Counted from the stretch's first letter, positions 19,729-29,233 are shown. The stretch is 64,000 nt of DNA from Nitrospinales bacterium (GCA_965223345.1 CBDCWG010000012.1:3301286-3365285); one strand, 5' to 3'. Translations and numbers: made by a program. The notes: generated from the sequence alone by a model not told the origin.

Positions 19729-20684
19729 TGCGCATGGACCTGTCGCTGCAGATCATACTGGCTTTTGCGCTCGATCTTCTGTTGGGAGATCCCAGGGACT
19801 ATCCGCATCCGGTACGGCTGATCGGACGGGCCGCGGCCTGGATGGAAATCCGCACGCGCGCCTGGTTTCGCGACCCGTTGCATGCAGGCGGCGTGACGGC
19901 GGCAACGATCATATTGGGAACCTTTGCGGTCTGCTGGGCGCTGCTCGCCGTTTTGGGCGCGTTGCATCCCACGGCGGAGACCTGCGCTTCGGTGTTTCTG
20001 ATCTACACCTGCATTTCGGCGCGCGGCCTGTACGATGAAAGCCAGCCGGTGAAGACGCATTTACAGCGCGGCGGTGTGGCGCAGGCCCGCAAAAGCCTGG
20101 CGCACATCGTCGGGCGGGACACCGAAAACCTGGACCGCCAAGGGATCGTGCGCGCGACGGTGGAAACGATCGCCGAGAACACGGTGGATGGCGTCATCGC
20201 GCCGCTGTTTTACGCCTGCCTGGGAGGTGCGCCTCTGGCGCTGGCCTACAAGGCGGTCAACACGCTGGATTCGCTGTTCGGTTATAAAAACGAACGCTAT
20301 CTGCGGTTCGGCCGGATTCCGGCGCGCATCGACGATGCGGCGAACTGGCTGCCCGCACGGCTGGCGGCGCCGATTCTGGCATTCAGTTGTGCCGTGTGCG
20401 GAAACAATCCGCTGCAGGCGCTGCGAACCGTGATGCGGGACGGCTCCAAACACGCGAGCCCCAACGCCGGCATCCCGGAAGCGGCGGTGGCCGGCGCGCT
20501 GGGGATCCGCCTGGGGGGAAGCGCTTTTTACGGCGGCCGCAAAACGGACAAGCCCTGGATCGGCAGCGAGCGAAAGGAAATCGAGATCGAAGACATCACG
20601 GCGGCGCACCGGATTCTGGCTGTGGCCTCCCTGAGCGCGGTCCTGCTGTTCGTCTCAATGCGGGTCTGGATTTTACATTATTAA
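19728..20684 (+). CDS. cbiB: Adenosylcobinamide-phosphate synthase
   Basis: LD.LLGDP...HPV, IVGRDT, E..AEN..DG..APLF, YKA.NTLDS and SPNAG.PEAA.AGAL motifs. Confidence 0.95.
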   Translation: MRMDLSLQIILAFALDLLLGDPRDYPHPVRLIGRAAAWMEIRTRAWFRDPLHAGGVTAATIILGTFAVCWALLAVLGALHPTAETCASVFLIYTCISARGLYDESQPVKTHLQRGGVAQARKSLAHIVGRDTENLDRQGIVRATVETIAENTVDGVIAPLFYACLGGAPLALAYKAVNTLDSLFGYKNERYLRFGRIPARIDDAANWLPARLAAPILAFSCAVCGNNPLQALRTVMRDGSKHASPNAGIPEAAVAGALGIRLGGSAFYGGRKTDKPWIGSERKEIEIEDITAAHRILAVASLSAVLLFVSMRVWILHY

Positions 20685-20769
20685 TCTTTTTTAAGGAGAA
20701 CGCCTATCGACACAACCTGACCGCTGAACGGAACGGAATTCTTTGGAGAAAAAATTTCGGTCCACGCAT

Positions 20770-20915
20770 TTTTATATCGGTTCCGGTTGAGGGAAGCCCG
20801 GTGCAAATCCGGCACTGTCCCGCAACTGTGAGAGGAACGAACGCCGCAAGGCGCCACTGTCCCTAAGGACGGGAAGGCGCGGCAAGTAGGAAGCCTCGAG
20901 TCAGGAAACCTGGCC
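20770..20915 (+). ncRNA. Cobalamin riboswitch 2 (boundaries approximate)
   Basis: GGGAAg-ccGGTGcAAaTCCgg, CCcGCAACTGTgA, GCCACTG...CGGGAAGG, and AGTCAGGAaACCTG; lies upstream of btuB. Confidence 0.93.
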
Positions 20916-20951
20916 GGAACGAAACAACCATTCAACCTTCGAGAGAAAGGT

Positions 20952-22802
20952 ATGACAATGATTCGAGTATTTCTTCTTTTTCTTTTCACTTTTATCTTAC
21001 TAATGATGCCGATGCATAAAAATTCCCACGCGGCCGATGACACCATCGACCTCGAACCGATTCAAGTGAAATCGAGGCGATCTCTGGAATTGAAAGAAAA
21101 TATACCCGCATCGATCACCGTGATCCGCGAAGAAGAAATCAAGAAGCAGAAACACTTTCAAGTCGAGGACCTGCTTCGGGGAGAGCTGGGTCTGGACGTG
21201 GTTCAAAACGGCCCTTTGGGCGGCAGGGCCTCGGTTTTCATGCGCGGGGGAGGTTCCGCCTCCACTCTGGTTCTGGTGGACGGCATTCAGGTCAACTCTA
21301 ACACTTCCGGGGGCTTTAATTTCGCCAACCTCACGGCAGAGAACATTCAGCAAATCGAGATTTTGCGAGGACCGCAAAGCACGTTGTGGGGAGCCGATGC
21401 GGTCGGGGGTGTGATCAACATCATCACCAAACGCGGAGAAGGCCCGCCCAAACATTCTTTTGCTTTCGAAGGCGGCAGTTTTGCCACTTTTCGGGAAACG
21501 CTGCAAAGTTCGGGCGCTTTGAAAAAATTCGACTACTCCGTTTCCCTATCCCGGACGGACAGCAACGGGTTCTCTTCCGCCAGCGAAGACCGCGGCAATG
21601 CGGAAAACGACGGGTATGAGAACACCAGCGTCTCAACCCGACTGGGTTATGAGTTCACTGAAGACGGCAGGGTGGAACTCATCGGCCGCTATATCCGGTC
21701 GATCACTCAGTTCGATGCGTTCAGCTTCGCCACAGGTCTTCCCACAGACGGGAACAACGGCAATAAGGCCAACGCCTATTATTTCGCCGCCCCCATCAAA
21801 AAAACCTTTGCGGGCTGGTGGACGGTCACCTTCAAACCCAACATCGCTTATGAAGATACTTTCAGTTTCGACCCTACTTTTTCCAACACACATATCATCA
21901 ATCGCACCTACACGGGCGATCTGCAAAACAACCTGCAGTTCGGAAAGAACTACTCGGTCACGTTCGGCGGCGAATATCAGGTGCAGAACGGAGTCAACCA
22001 GGAAAGCAGCCTGGAGAGCACCATCTACAACCAGGGTTATTTCCTGCAGGGTGTCGCCCATTTGTTAGATCGTTTGACCGTCACGGGAGGATTTCGGCAC
22101 GACGTCAATTCAAAGTTCGAGGACAAAACCACCTACCGTTTCGAAGGCGGTTACCGTTTGGCCGAATACGGAACCCGGCTGCGTGCCGCTTACGCAACGG
22201 GCTTCCGCGCTCCCACGATCAACGACCTGTTTTTTCCCGGATTCGGCAATCCCGATCTGAAGCCGGAGGAGGTCAAAACCTGGGAGGTGGGGGTCGATCA
22301 GACCCTGTATGACGGCCGTGTGAAAATCGGGGTGACTTACTTCGATTCCGATTTCACGAACCTGATTCAGTTCGACAGCGTGACGAACGCGGTCCTGAAT
22401 GTCGGTGAAGCCACATCGCGCGGCCTGGAAACGGAGATCAAGTATCGAGTGACCGGAGATCTGGATCTTGCGCTCAAGCACACCTGGAACGAGACGTTCG
22501 ACGAAAACGACGCCCCTCTTCGCCGAAGGGCCAAGCATAAATTCACCGCCAGCGTTCACCACACCTGGCGGGACAAACTCGAATCGCTGGTGAGCCTGTA
22601 TGCCAAATCCGGCATCCGGGACGGCCGGTTCAATACGGATGGGTTCGTCACCCTGCGCGCGGTTTTGAACTATCAGCTCACGAAACAACTGAAACTCACG
22701 GCACGGGGAGAAAACCTGCTCGATGAGGACTATGAGGAAATTCCCGGTTTCGGGACGGCGGGCGTTTCGGGATACGCGGGATTCGTGTTCAATTTCAATT
22801 GA
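20952..22802 (+). CDS. btuB: TonB-dependent cobalamin receptor
   Basis: Plug motifs MRGG...TLVLVDG and IEILRGPQSTLWGADAVGGVINIITK; GFRAP, GNPDLKPE and ENLLD..YE; riboswitch directly upstream. Confidence 0.9.
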   Translation: MTMIRVFLLFLFTFILLMMPMHKNSHAADDTIDLEPIQVKSRRSLELKENIPASITVIREEEIKKQKHFQVEDLLRGELGLDVVQNGPLGGRASVFMRGGGSASTLVLVDGIQVNSNTSGGFNFANLTAENIQQIEILRGPQSTLWGADAVGGVINIITKRGEGPPKHSFAFEGGSFATFRETLQSSGALKKFDYSVSLSRTDSNGFSSASEDRGNAENDGYENTSVSTRLGYEFTEDGRVELIGRYIRSITQFDAFSFATGLPTDGNNGNKANAYYFAAPIKKTFAGWWTVTFKPNIAYEDTFSFDPTFSNTHIINRTYTGDLQNNLQFGKNYSVTFGGEYQVQNGVNQESSLESTIYNQGYFLQGVAHLLDRLTVTGGFRHDVNSKFEDKTTYRFEGGYRLAEYGTRLRAAYATGFRAPTINDLFFPGFGNPDLKPEEVKTWEVGVDQTLYDGRVKIGVTYFDSDFTNLIQFDSVTNAVLNVGEATSRGLETEIKYRVTGDLDLALKHTWNETFDENDAPLRRRAKHKFTASVHHTWRDKLESLVSLYAKSGIRDGRFNTDGFVTLRAVLNYQLTKQLKLTARGENLLDEDYEEIPGFGTAGVSGYAGFVFNFN

Positions 22803-24211
22803 TGACGATGCCAAACTTTAACTCACAACCCTTTCCCGGCCTGGTGGTGTCGGGAACGCATTCCTCGGTGGGGAAATCCTCCGTCGCCACGGGGTTGATG
22901 CGCCTTTTACAGCGAAGGGGCCACAGCGTGCATCCGTTCAAGGCGGGCCCGGACCACATCGATCCTGGCCACCACGAACGGGCCTGCGGCACGCCGAGCT
23001 ATAACCTCGATTCGTTTATGTGCACGCACGGCTACCTGCGCGACCTGTTCTCGGACCGGGTCCGGGGAGGCGGCATCACCGTGGTCGAGGGGATGATGGG
23101 CCTGTTCGACGGCGCTCATCCCAAAAAAGATATGGGATCGACGGCGGAGATCGCCAAGCTTTTCGATCTGCCGGTGCTGCTGGTGTTCGACGGACAGGCG
23201 ACCGCGCGCTCGGCGGCGGCGCTGGTGCAGGGATTCGTGAACTTCGATCCCGGCATCCGGTTCCTCGGTGTGGTGGCCAACCGGGTCAACAGCGCGGGGC
23301 ATGCGGACATTTTGAAACAGGCCATCGAGCACCACACGGCGGTTCCGTTTCTCGGCCACCTGCCGCAGCAGCCCGAACTCGAGATCGCAAGCCGGCATCT
23401 CGGCCTGCATCAGGGGTTTGAACAGGAGGACGCGATCTACGAGCGGTGGGCGGACCACATCGAGCGGCACCTGGATATGGAACGCCTGCTGCCATCACTC
23501 ACCCCGCCTACAAACGAAAAAGCAACATCCGCTCCGCCTGCGCGCTGGAAAACTACAAAGCAATCCGGCGCGTTTTCGGTGGCGGTGGCGAAGGACGCGG
23601 CGTTTCAGTTCGCCTATCCGGACACGCTCGACCTGTTCCGGCATGCGGGCGGCGACGTGCGCTTCTTCTCGCCGCTTGCGGACCGCGCGCTGCCGGAGGG
23701 CATCGACTGGGTGTACCTCCCCGGCGGCTACCCCGAATCGTACGCCCCGGCTCTGAGCGCCAATCAGAACATGCTCGCCAGCATCCGGCGTTTCGCGCAA
23801 CAGGACGGCGTCGTGGTTGGCGAATGCGGCGGGCTGATGGTTCTCGGCAAAACCCTCACCGGGGAAGACGGGAAAACGCACCCGATGGCCGGACTGTTCG
23901 ATTTTTCCACCACGATGCAGAACAAGCGCCTGACCCTGGGCTACCGGACGCTGGCGTTCTCTGCGGAGCGGCAAGACGCGGCACCGCTGATACTCAAGGG
24001 ACACGAGTTTCATTATTCGCGGCTGGTGGACAACCGGGAAACGCCCCTCATGCTGCAGGCCGCGCAGGAGGGGAACGCGGAAGTCCGGGACGGATTCCGC
24101 CACAACAACTGCTTCGCTCTTTACATGCACCTGTACTGGGGCTCCTGCCCCGACTGGCTGCGGTTTATTCTGCAACAGGTCGAAAACGGAAAACAGCGCC
24201 ATGCGGTTTGA
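22802..24211 (+). CDS. cbiA: Cobyrinate a,c-diamide synthase
   Basis: S.VGKS, FKAGPD.IDP..H, NLD, EGMMGLFDG, AF.F.Y, GGYPE, ECGG.M and GHEFHYS motifs. Confidence 0.94.
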   Translation: MTMPNFNSQPFPGLVVSGTHSSVGKSSVATGLMRLLQRRGHSVHPFKAGPDHIDPGHHERACGTPSYNLDSFMCTHGYLRDLFSDRVRGGGITVVEGMMGLFDGAHPKKDMGSTAEIAKLFDLPVLLVFDGQATARSAAALVQGFVNFDPGIRFLGVVANRVNSAGHADILKQAIEHHTAVPFLGHLPQQPELEIASRHLGLHQGFEQEDAIYERWADHIERHLDMERLLPSLTPPTNEKATSAPPARWKTTKQSGAFSVAVAKDAAFQFAYPDTLDLFRHAGGDVRFFSPLADRALPEGIDWVYLPGGYPESYAPALSANQNMLASIRRFAQQDGVVVGECGGLMVLGKTLTGEDGKTHPMAGLFDFSTTMQNKRLTLGYRTLAFSAERQDAAPLILKGHEFHYSRLVDNRETPLMLQAAQEGNAEVRDGFRHNNCFALYMHLYWGSCPDWLRFILQQVENGKQRHAV

Positions 24212-25982
24212 TCTGAAATCGAGCAAACGACCCCTGCGGCACACCCTCATTGTGTCCGCAGCGCTGCACGGCATCGCGTTTTATTTTGCGGCGGACTGGG
24301 TCTTCGATCGTGAACCTGTGGTGACAGAAACACCGATACGCATCCAGACCGTGGTCGAGCCGCCCCCAAAAAAGAAACCGCGTGAAGAACCCGTAAAAAA
24401 ACCCAAACCGGTTGAGAAAAAAACGCGGCCCGCGGTCAAACCCGTGGAACCGGTGGCCGCATCCGCCTCGCATGCACCGGCCGCAGCCAAAGTGCGCCCG
24501 GTCCCGGCCCTACCGAGCGCCCCACCTCCCCGCGCCGAAGTGCGAACGACACAAACCGCCGCGGCAACGCCAACCGCTGCCGAAGCGCGCACAGCTCAGC
24601 ACGTGCCGATCGCCTCGCCTGCCCGCGCCGAAGCGCGAGCCGAACAGACCGCCGCTTTCATTCCGGCAGAGGCCGCCCATATGCGGGAACCGGCACCGGC
24701 GCGGATTCACGCTGCCTCCCCTGCGCCACTGCAACTCGCATCCACCACGATGCCCGCTCCCTCTTCCGTGCAAAAACGCACAGTAAAATCGGAACACCAC
24801 AAAACACACCGCCCTGTTGCAGCCCTATCCGCACACGCAGACGAATCGGGCAGCGCTTTCAAAACCCCGGCCCCGTTCCAGCCACGGCGGGTGTCGTCCG
24901 TTCCCTTGCAGACGCTGACCGCCTCTGCGAACAACCGGGCAACCGCACAGATGCAACGCCGCACGCCGGCCCCGTTCTCGCCGCGCACACCGTCCACCGA
25001 ATCGCCGGCCGCCCAAACCATCCACAAACCGGCGGCGCAGCAGCAGGCCGGCGGAGAGGATCAAAAACCCGCCATGGCCGCTGTGCAACCGGTGACGCAA
25101 ACCCAACCCGTTCTCCATTCCGCGGCTCCGGTGGCAGCGCAGCAGGAAACCGCCACCGCTTCTGTTTCCCGATCGGCATCGCCGCGGCCGGTTTCTCCGG
25201 CCAATCCGAGCGCCAGGACCCCTGCCGCCGCGGTGGCCTCTTCGGCAACGCCCGCGGGAGTATCCGCTGCGCAAAAAAACGTGCAGCCCAAAGCCCATAG
25301 CGGGTCGAACCCCGCTCCTGCACAGGCTTCGGCAATGCATCACTCCGGAGAAACCCTGCGCAGCGCCACCGCCCTGCATCCGCGGCGGCCGTTCACCGAT
25401 AGCCCGATTTTCAGTGCAGCGACACAACAGACGCCCGCCCTTTCTTCCAATGCGGGAGACGTGCCCAAAGGCTCTCCACAGGCAGAACGCCTGTCCCCAA
25501 ACGAAGTCACCGCGGCACTGCCGGCGGGCCAGCGGCCCGCATCCCTCGCAGGGAGCCGCCAGCAACAGGCGCAGACCGGGTTTCCGGATCGCAAACCTTT
25601 GAAAACGACCGCACTGCCTTCCACCGCCGCCAAGGCCGCCGCAAGCCCTCCGGTGGCGGCTGAAAGCGGTTCTGCCAATACGGACTCAATTCGTAAGGGC
25701 TTTTTGCAGGTGGTTTGGAGTAAAATATTTGAAGAGAAATACTATCCCCAGTCCGCCCGGGACCGTGGCTATGAAGGAATGCCGGTGGTGGCGTTCACCC
25801 TGGGCCGGGACGGGGCCTTGAAAGATTATTCCATTGTTAAATCGTCTTCTCACAAAATGCTGGACCGTGCGGCGCTGGAGGCGGTGAAGGCGGCGAGCCC
25901 GTTTCCGCCGATTCCCGCGACGCTCAAACAGAATTCGATACGTTTGAATCTGCCTATTTCCTTTATACTGGAGGAGCCATGA
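24201..25982 (+). CDS. tonB: Energy transducer TonB with a very long Pro/Ala-rich linker
   Basis: N-terminal TM with SAALH, a KP-rich segment, and TonB_C motifs YPQSAR..G.EG, SS....LD.AAL.AV and PFPP.P. Confidence 0.85.
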   Translation: MRFDLKSSKRPLRHTLIVSAALHGIAFYFAADWVFDREPVVTETPIRIQTVVEPPPKKKPREEPVKKPKPVEKKTRPAVKPVEPVAASASHAPAAAKVRPVPALPSAPPPRAEVRTTQTAAATPTAAEARTAQHVPIASPARAEARAEQTAAFIPAEAAHMREPAPARIHAASPAPLQLASTTMPAPSSVQKRTVKSEHHKTHRPVAALSAHADESGSAFKTPAPFQPRRVSSVPLQTLTASANNRATAQMQRRTPAPFSPRTPSTESPAAQTIHKPAAQQQAGGEDQKPAMAAVQPVTQTQPVLHSAAPVAAQQETATASVSRSASPRPVSPANPSARTPAAAVASSATPAGVSAAQKNVQPKAHSGSNPAPAQASAMHHSGETLRSATALHPRRPFTDSPIFSAATQQTPALSSNAGDVPKGSPQAERLSPNEVTAALPAGQRPASLAGSRQQQAQTGFPDRKPLKTTALPSTAAKAAASPPVAAESGSANTDSIRKGFLQVVWSKIFEEKYYPQSARDRGYEGMPVVAFTLGRDGALKDYSIVKSSSHKMLDRAALEAVKAASPFPPIPATLKQNSIRLNLPISFILEEP

Positions 25983-26707
25983 TTTTTCCCAAACGATCCT
26001 GGGTGTTTATCCTGGCCGCCTGGCTGTGGGCCTCCCCCGGCGCGGCGGAAGTACTTCAGATTGACAGCGATTTCGACGGCAAGCTCGACCAATGGCAGGA
26101 AATGTCCGACAGCGGGCAACTGGTCAAGGTCGAATACGACACCAACGGCGACGGCAAGCTGGACCAGGTGGATATTTTCGAAGGCAACCCAAGCCCGGTG
26201 CTCGCCAAGCTGGACCGGAACTACGACGGGATTCTGGACCAGTTCCAGTTTTACAACAAGCAGGGTGTGCTGGAGCGGCTGGAAAAGGATTCCCGCTTCA
26301 AAGGCATGGTGGACTGGAAGGAGTATTACGGTTCCAACAAGGTTCGCACCCGCATCGAATCGGACAACAACCTCGACGGCAAAATGGATGTGTTCCAGTT
26401 TTTCGACGCCGAGGGCAATCTCATCCGTGCGGAATTCGACACGGAACACAAGGGCAAGATCGACCGCTGGGAGTATTTCGCGGGTGACGGGGTTTTGCAG
26501 TCGGCGGCGTTCGATTCCAACGGCGACGGCAAACAGGATCAATGGCAGTACTTCATCGATTCCACGCAGCTGGAAAAAGTGGAATTCGACGTCAATTTCG
26601 ACGGCAAGGTGGACCGCTGGGAGTATTTCGATTCCGACGGGGAACTCTTGCGCGTCGAGCTGGACCGCAATCACGACGGGAAAATGGATCTCGTCCAAAG
26701 AAAATAA
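25979..26707 (+). CDS. Exported protein of ~9 tandem 25-aa DxNxDGKxD repeats
   Basis: Signal peptide (…SPGAA) followed by repeats such as DTNGDGKLD, DNNLDGKMD, DSNGDGKQD and DVNFDGKVD. Confidence 0.8.
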   Translation: MIFPKRSWVFILAAWLWASPGAAEVLQIDSDFDGKLDQWQEMSDSGQLVKVEYDTNGDGKLDQVDIFEGNPSPVLAKLDRNYDGILDQFQFYNKQGVLERLEKDSRFKGMVDWKEYYGSNKVRTRIESDNNLDGKMDVFQFFDAEGNLIRAEFDTEHKGKIDRWEYFAGDGVLQSAAFDSNGDGKQDQWQYFIDSTQLEKVEFDVNFDGKVDRWEYFDSDGELLRVELDRNHDGKMDLVQRK

Positions 26708-26719
26708 CAGGAGCGTTTG

Positions 26720-27127
26720 ATGAAATCTTTTTACAACCGGGGGGGCTTTTTTGCTCTGGCATTGCTTCTGGCTTCCTGCACCCCCCAGCCGACCCAGGAG
26801 GTCTCGGCGGAAGCTCAAAAGGGACAGAAAATCTTTCACCGAGTCTGTTCCAATTGCCACGGACCCGATGCGATGGGCGGCCACACGAAGGCTCCGAAAC
26901 TGATCGACGAGGAATTCATTCAGGCCAATTTTCCCGATGAGGAAGTCCGCGAGACCATCATCAAGGGGGTCAACAAAATGCCCTCACAGCGCGGCAAGGT
27001 CTCCGACGATGACATCGAAGAGATCATCAAATACCTGCGCTATGCGCAAAACGCCGCGGGCCTGGCCGCCGAAGACGACATGGAAGAAGACGAAGGCGTG
27101 AGCTTCGACGAGGAAACCGCTTCCTGA
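26720..27127 (+). CDS. Monoheme cytochrome c lipoprotein
   Basis: Lipobox LLLASC, CSNCH heme motif, distal KMP, acidic tail. Confidence 0.88.
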   Translation: MKSFYNRGGFFALALLLASCTPQPTQEVSAEAQKGQKIFHRVCSNCHGPDAMGGHTKAPKLIDEEFIQANFPDEEVRETIIKGVNKMPSQRGKVSDDDIEEIIKYLRYAQNAAGLAAEDDMEEDEGVSFDEETAS

Positions 27128-27189
27128 TTTTGCGCTGAATTCCATTTCATCTGCGACGGGGCCGTGACGCCCCAAAAGGATGTGCCGCG

Positions 27190-28263
27190 ATGTCCGAAGC
27201 GATCGACAAAACCCTTGAGGCCATCGAACCGGTTTCGACTCGGGCTCTTGAGGGCGCGCAGGCGCACCTCGACCGCCTGACCAAACCGGTGGGCAGCCTG
27301 GGCCGCCTGGAAGAGCTGGCCCGCCGCTACGCCGCCATCCGCAGCCCGTCCGCGCCTGTCATCCGCAACAAAACCGTGTTCGTGTTCGCCGCCGACCACG
27401 GCGTCGCCCAGGAAGGCGTCAGCGCCTACCCCGCTGAAGTGACGCCTCAGATGGTCCTCAACTTCCTCAACGCAGGCGCCGCGATCAATGCCCTGGCCGC
27501 ACACGCGGGCGCCGAAGTGGTCGTGGTGGATGTGGGGGTGGATCACGATTTCGGCCCGCTGCCCGGTCTTTTAAATCGCAAGATCGCAAGGGGCACGCAG
27601 AACATGGCGGAAGGCCCGGCCATGACGCGGCAACAGGCGGAGCGGGCCGTGGTCACCGGCATCGAGCTTGCGCGCGAGTGGGCGGAAAAAGGCACGGACG
27701 TTCTGGCGGTGGGTGAGATGGGAATCGGCAACAGCACCGCGGCGGCGGCGCTGATGGCGGTGTACGGCGGTCGATCGCCGCAGGATGTGACGGGATGCGG
27801 CACCGGAATCGACGCGGACGCGCTCAACCACAAAATCGCGGTCATCGAACGCGCCCTCACCCGCAACCGGCCGGACGCCCAAGACCCGCTGGACGGCCTC
27901 GCCAAAGTGGGAGGTCTCGAGATCGCCGCCATCACTGGATGCGTTCTCGGCGCGGCCGCCTGCCGCAGGCCGGTGGTGATCGACGGGCTGATCTCAAGCG
28001 CCGGGGCGCTGCTGGCTCACCAGCTGCATCCCGCGGTTGCCGATTATCTGTTCTGCTCGCACCGCTCTCCGGAACCCGGTCACGCGGTGTTCTTCGAGCG
28101 ATTGGAGCAGACGCCATTGTTTGATTTTTCCATGCGGCTCGGAGAAGGCACCGGCGCGGCGCTGGCGATGAACCTGCTGGAAGCGGCGGTGCGCGTCTAT
28201 TCGGATATGGCGACGTTCGAGAGCGCCGGCGTGTCCACGCGCGGCAACGGGAGCCGGTCATGA
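27190..28263 (+). CDS. cobT: Nicotinate-nucleotide-dimethylbenzimidazole phosphoribosyltransferase
   Basis: LTKP.GSLGRLE, FAADHGV, GVSAYP, GEMGIGNST and MRLGEGTGA motifs. Confidence 0.96.
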   Translation: MSEAIDKTLEAIEPVSTRALEGAQAHLDRLTKPVGSLGRLEELARRYAAIRSPSAPVIRNKTVFVFAADHGVAQEGVSAYPAEVTPQMVLNFLNAGAAINALAAHAGAEVVVVDVGVDHDFGPLPGLLNRKIARGTQNMAEGPAMTRQQAERAVVTGIELAREWAEKGTDVLAVGEMGIGNSTAAAALMAVYGGRSPQDVTGCGTGIDADALNHKIAVIERALTRNRPDAQDPLDGLAKVGGLEIAAITGCVLGAAACRRPVVIDGLISSAGALLAHQLHPAVADYLFCSHRSPEPGHAVFFERLEQTPLFDFSMRLGEGTGAALAMNLLEAAVRVYSDMATFESAGVSTRGNGSRS

Positions 28264-29177
28264 CGGGGTGGCTACGATGCGCACTCGCGCTGATCGTGCT
28301 TGCGCTCGCCCTGCCCGCGCCTGCGTCCGGCTTCGACGACGACTCCACCGACGACACGCGCAGCCTGCTGGAAATCCGCACGATCTGCGACAACGGCCTC
28401 ACGGTGCTCGACACGGACCTGAACAAATCGTCCTGCGCCGGCGACGACGTCTACCTGAACCAGCTGGAATCCGGTCTTTTTAAAAACGGCGAAGAGATCA
28501 CGCACGAACGGATTCTGGATTTCAAAGTCGCACGCAACGGCGCGGTGTACTATCTCACCGAGATCGGGCCTTATTTGTATGATGAAGGCGGGCGGCTGAA
28601 CAGCAACGGCGGCACGGTGATCCTGTTTCTGGTTTCCTCCAGCGGCGATGTGGTCTACCTCAACGACCGCGGCGACGTGTTCAAAAACGGCCAAGAGCTC
28701 AACCGCGGATCGTCGCGGGTGTTGATCGAATCGGTGGAGATCACTTTCCTCAAGGAACGCAGCGATCTGATCCTCAACCCGGCGGTGTCGCGCAATGGAA
28801 AAGCCATCTACATCAACGACGGCGGCCAGCTCTACGTGGAGGGCGAGCGGGTCAACCCGCTGGCCAGCAACAACATCTTGGCCTTCAAGATCAACTCCAC
28901 AGGCGACGTCTATTACCTCGACGATCAAAACCGGCTGTTCCGCAACAAGGTGCGCCTGTACGACGGCCGTTTCCGGGTGATCGAATTTCAGCTTTCCAAT
29001 ATCGGCGAGGTGGCGTTCCTCACCGACGGCATCTCCAAAAACCTGTACCAGGAAGGCCGGCCCCTGTCTGCGGGGGCGTCGCGTGTGGTGAGCTTCCGCT
29101 TCAACAGCCGCGGGGAAATCGTCTACCAGGACGCCCTGGGCCGGACCTGGAAAAACGGCTCCCGCATCGACTATTGA
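28260..29177 (+). CDS. Exported protein of unknown function with repeated beta-strand motifs (probable beta-propeller)
   Basis: Signal peptide; about 6-7 repeats of V..F.h...G.VyYL....LfkNG; ATGA overlap with cobT. Confidence 0.7.
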   Translation: MTGWLRCALALIVLALALPAPASGFDDDSTDDTRSLLEIRTICDNGLTVLDTDLNKSSCAGDDVYLNQLESGLFKNGEEITHERILDFKVARNGAVYYLTEIGPYLYDEGGRLNSNGGTVILFLVSSSGDVVYLNDRGDVFKNGQELNRGSSRVLIESVEITFLKERSDLILNPAVSRNGKAIYINDGGQLYVEGERVNPLASNNILAFKINSTGDVYYLDDQNRLFRNKVRLYDGRFRVIEFQLSNIGEVAFLTDGISKNLYQEGRPLSAGASRVVSFRFNSRGEIVYQDALGRTWKNGSRIDY

Positions 29178-29204
29178 ACCGCCTCCCTGCCCGGCCCTCG
29201 GTGC

Positions 29205-29233
29205 TTGACACCCCCCGCTTTTTTGGCTAGATT
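29205..29233 (+). promoter_or_regulatory. Sigma70-type promoter of dapL
   Basis: TTGACA, 17 nt spacer, TAGATT. Confidence 0.65.
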
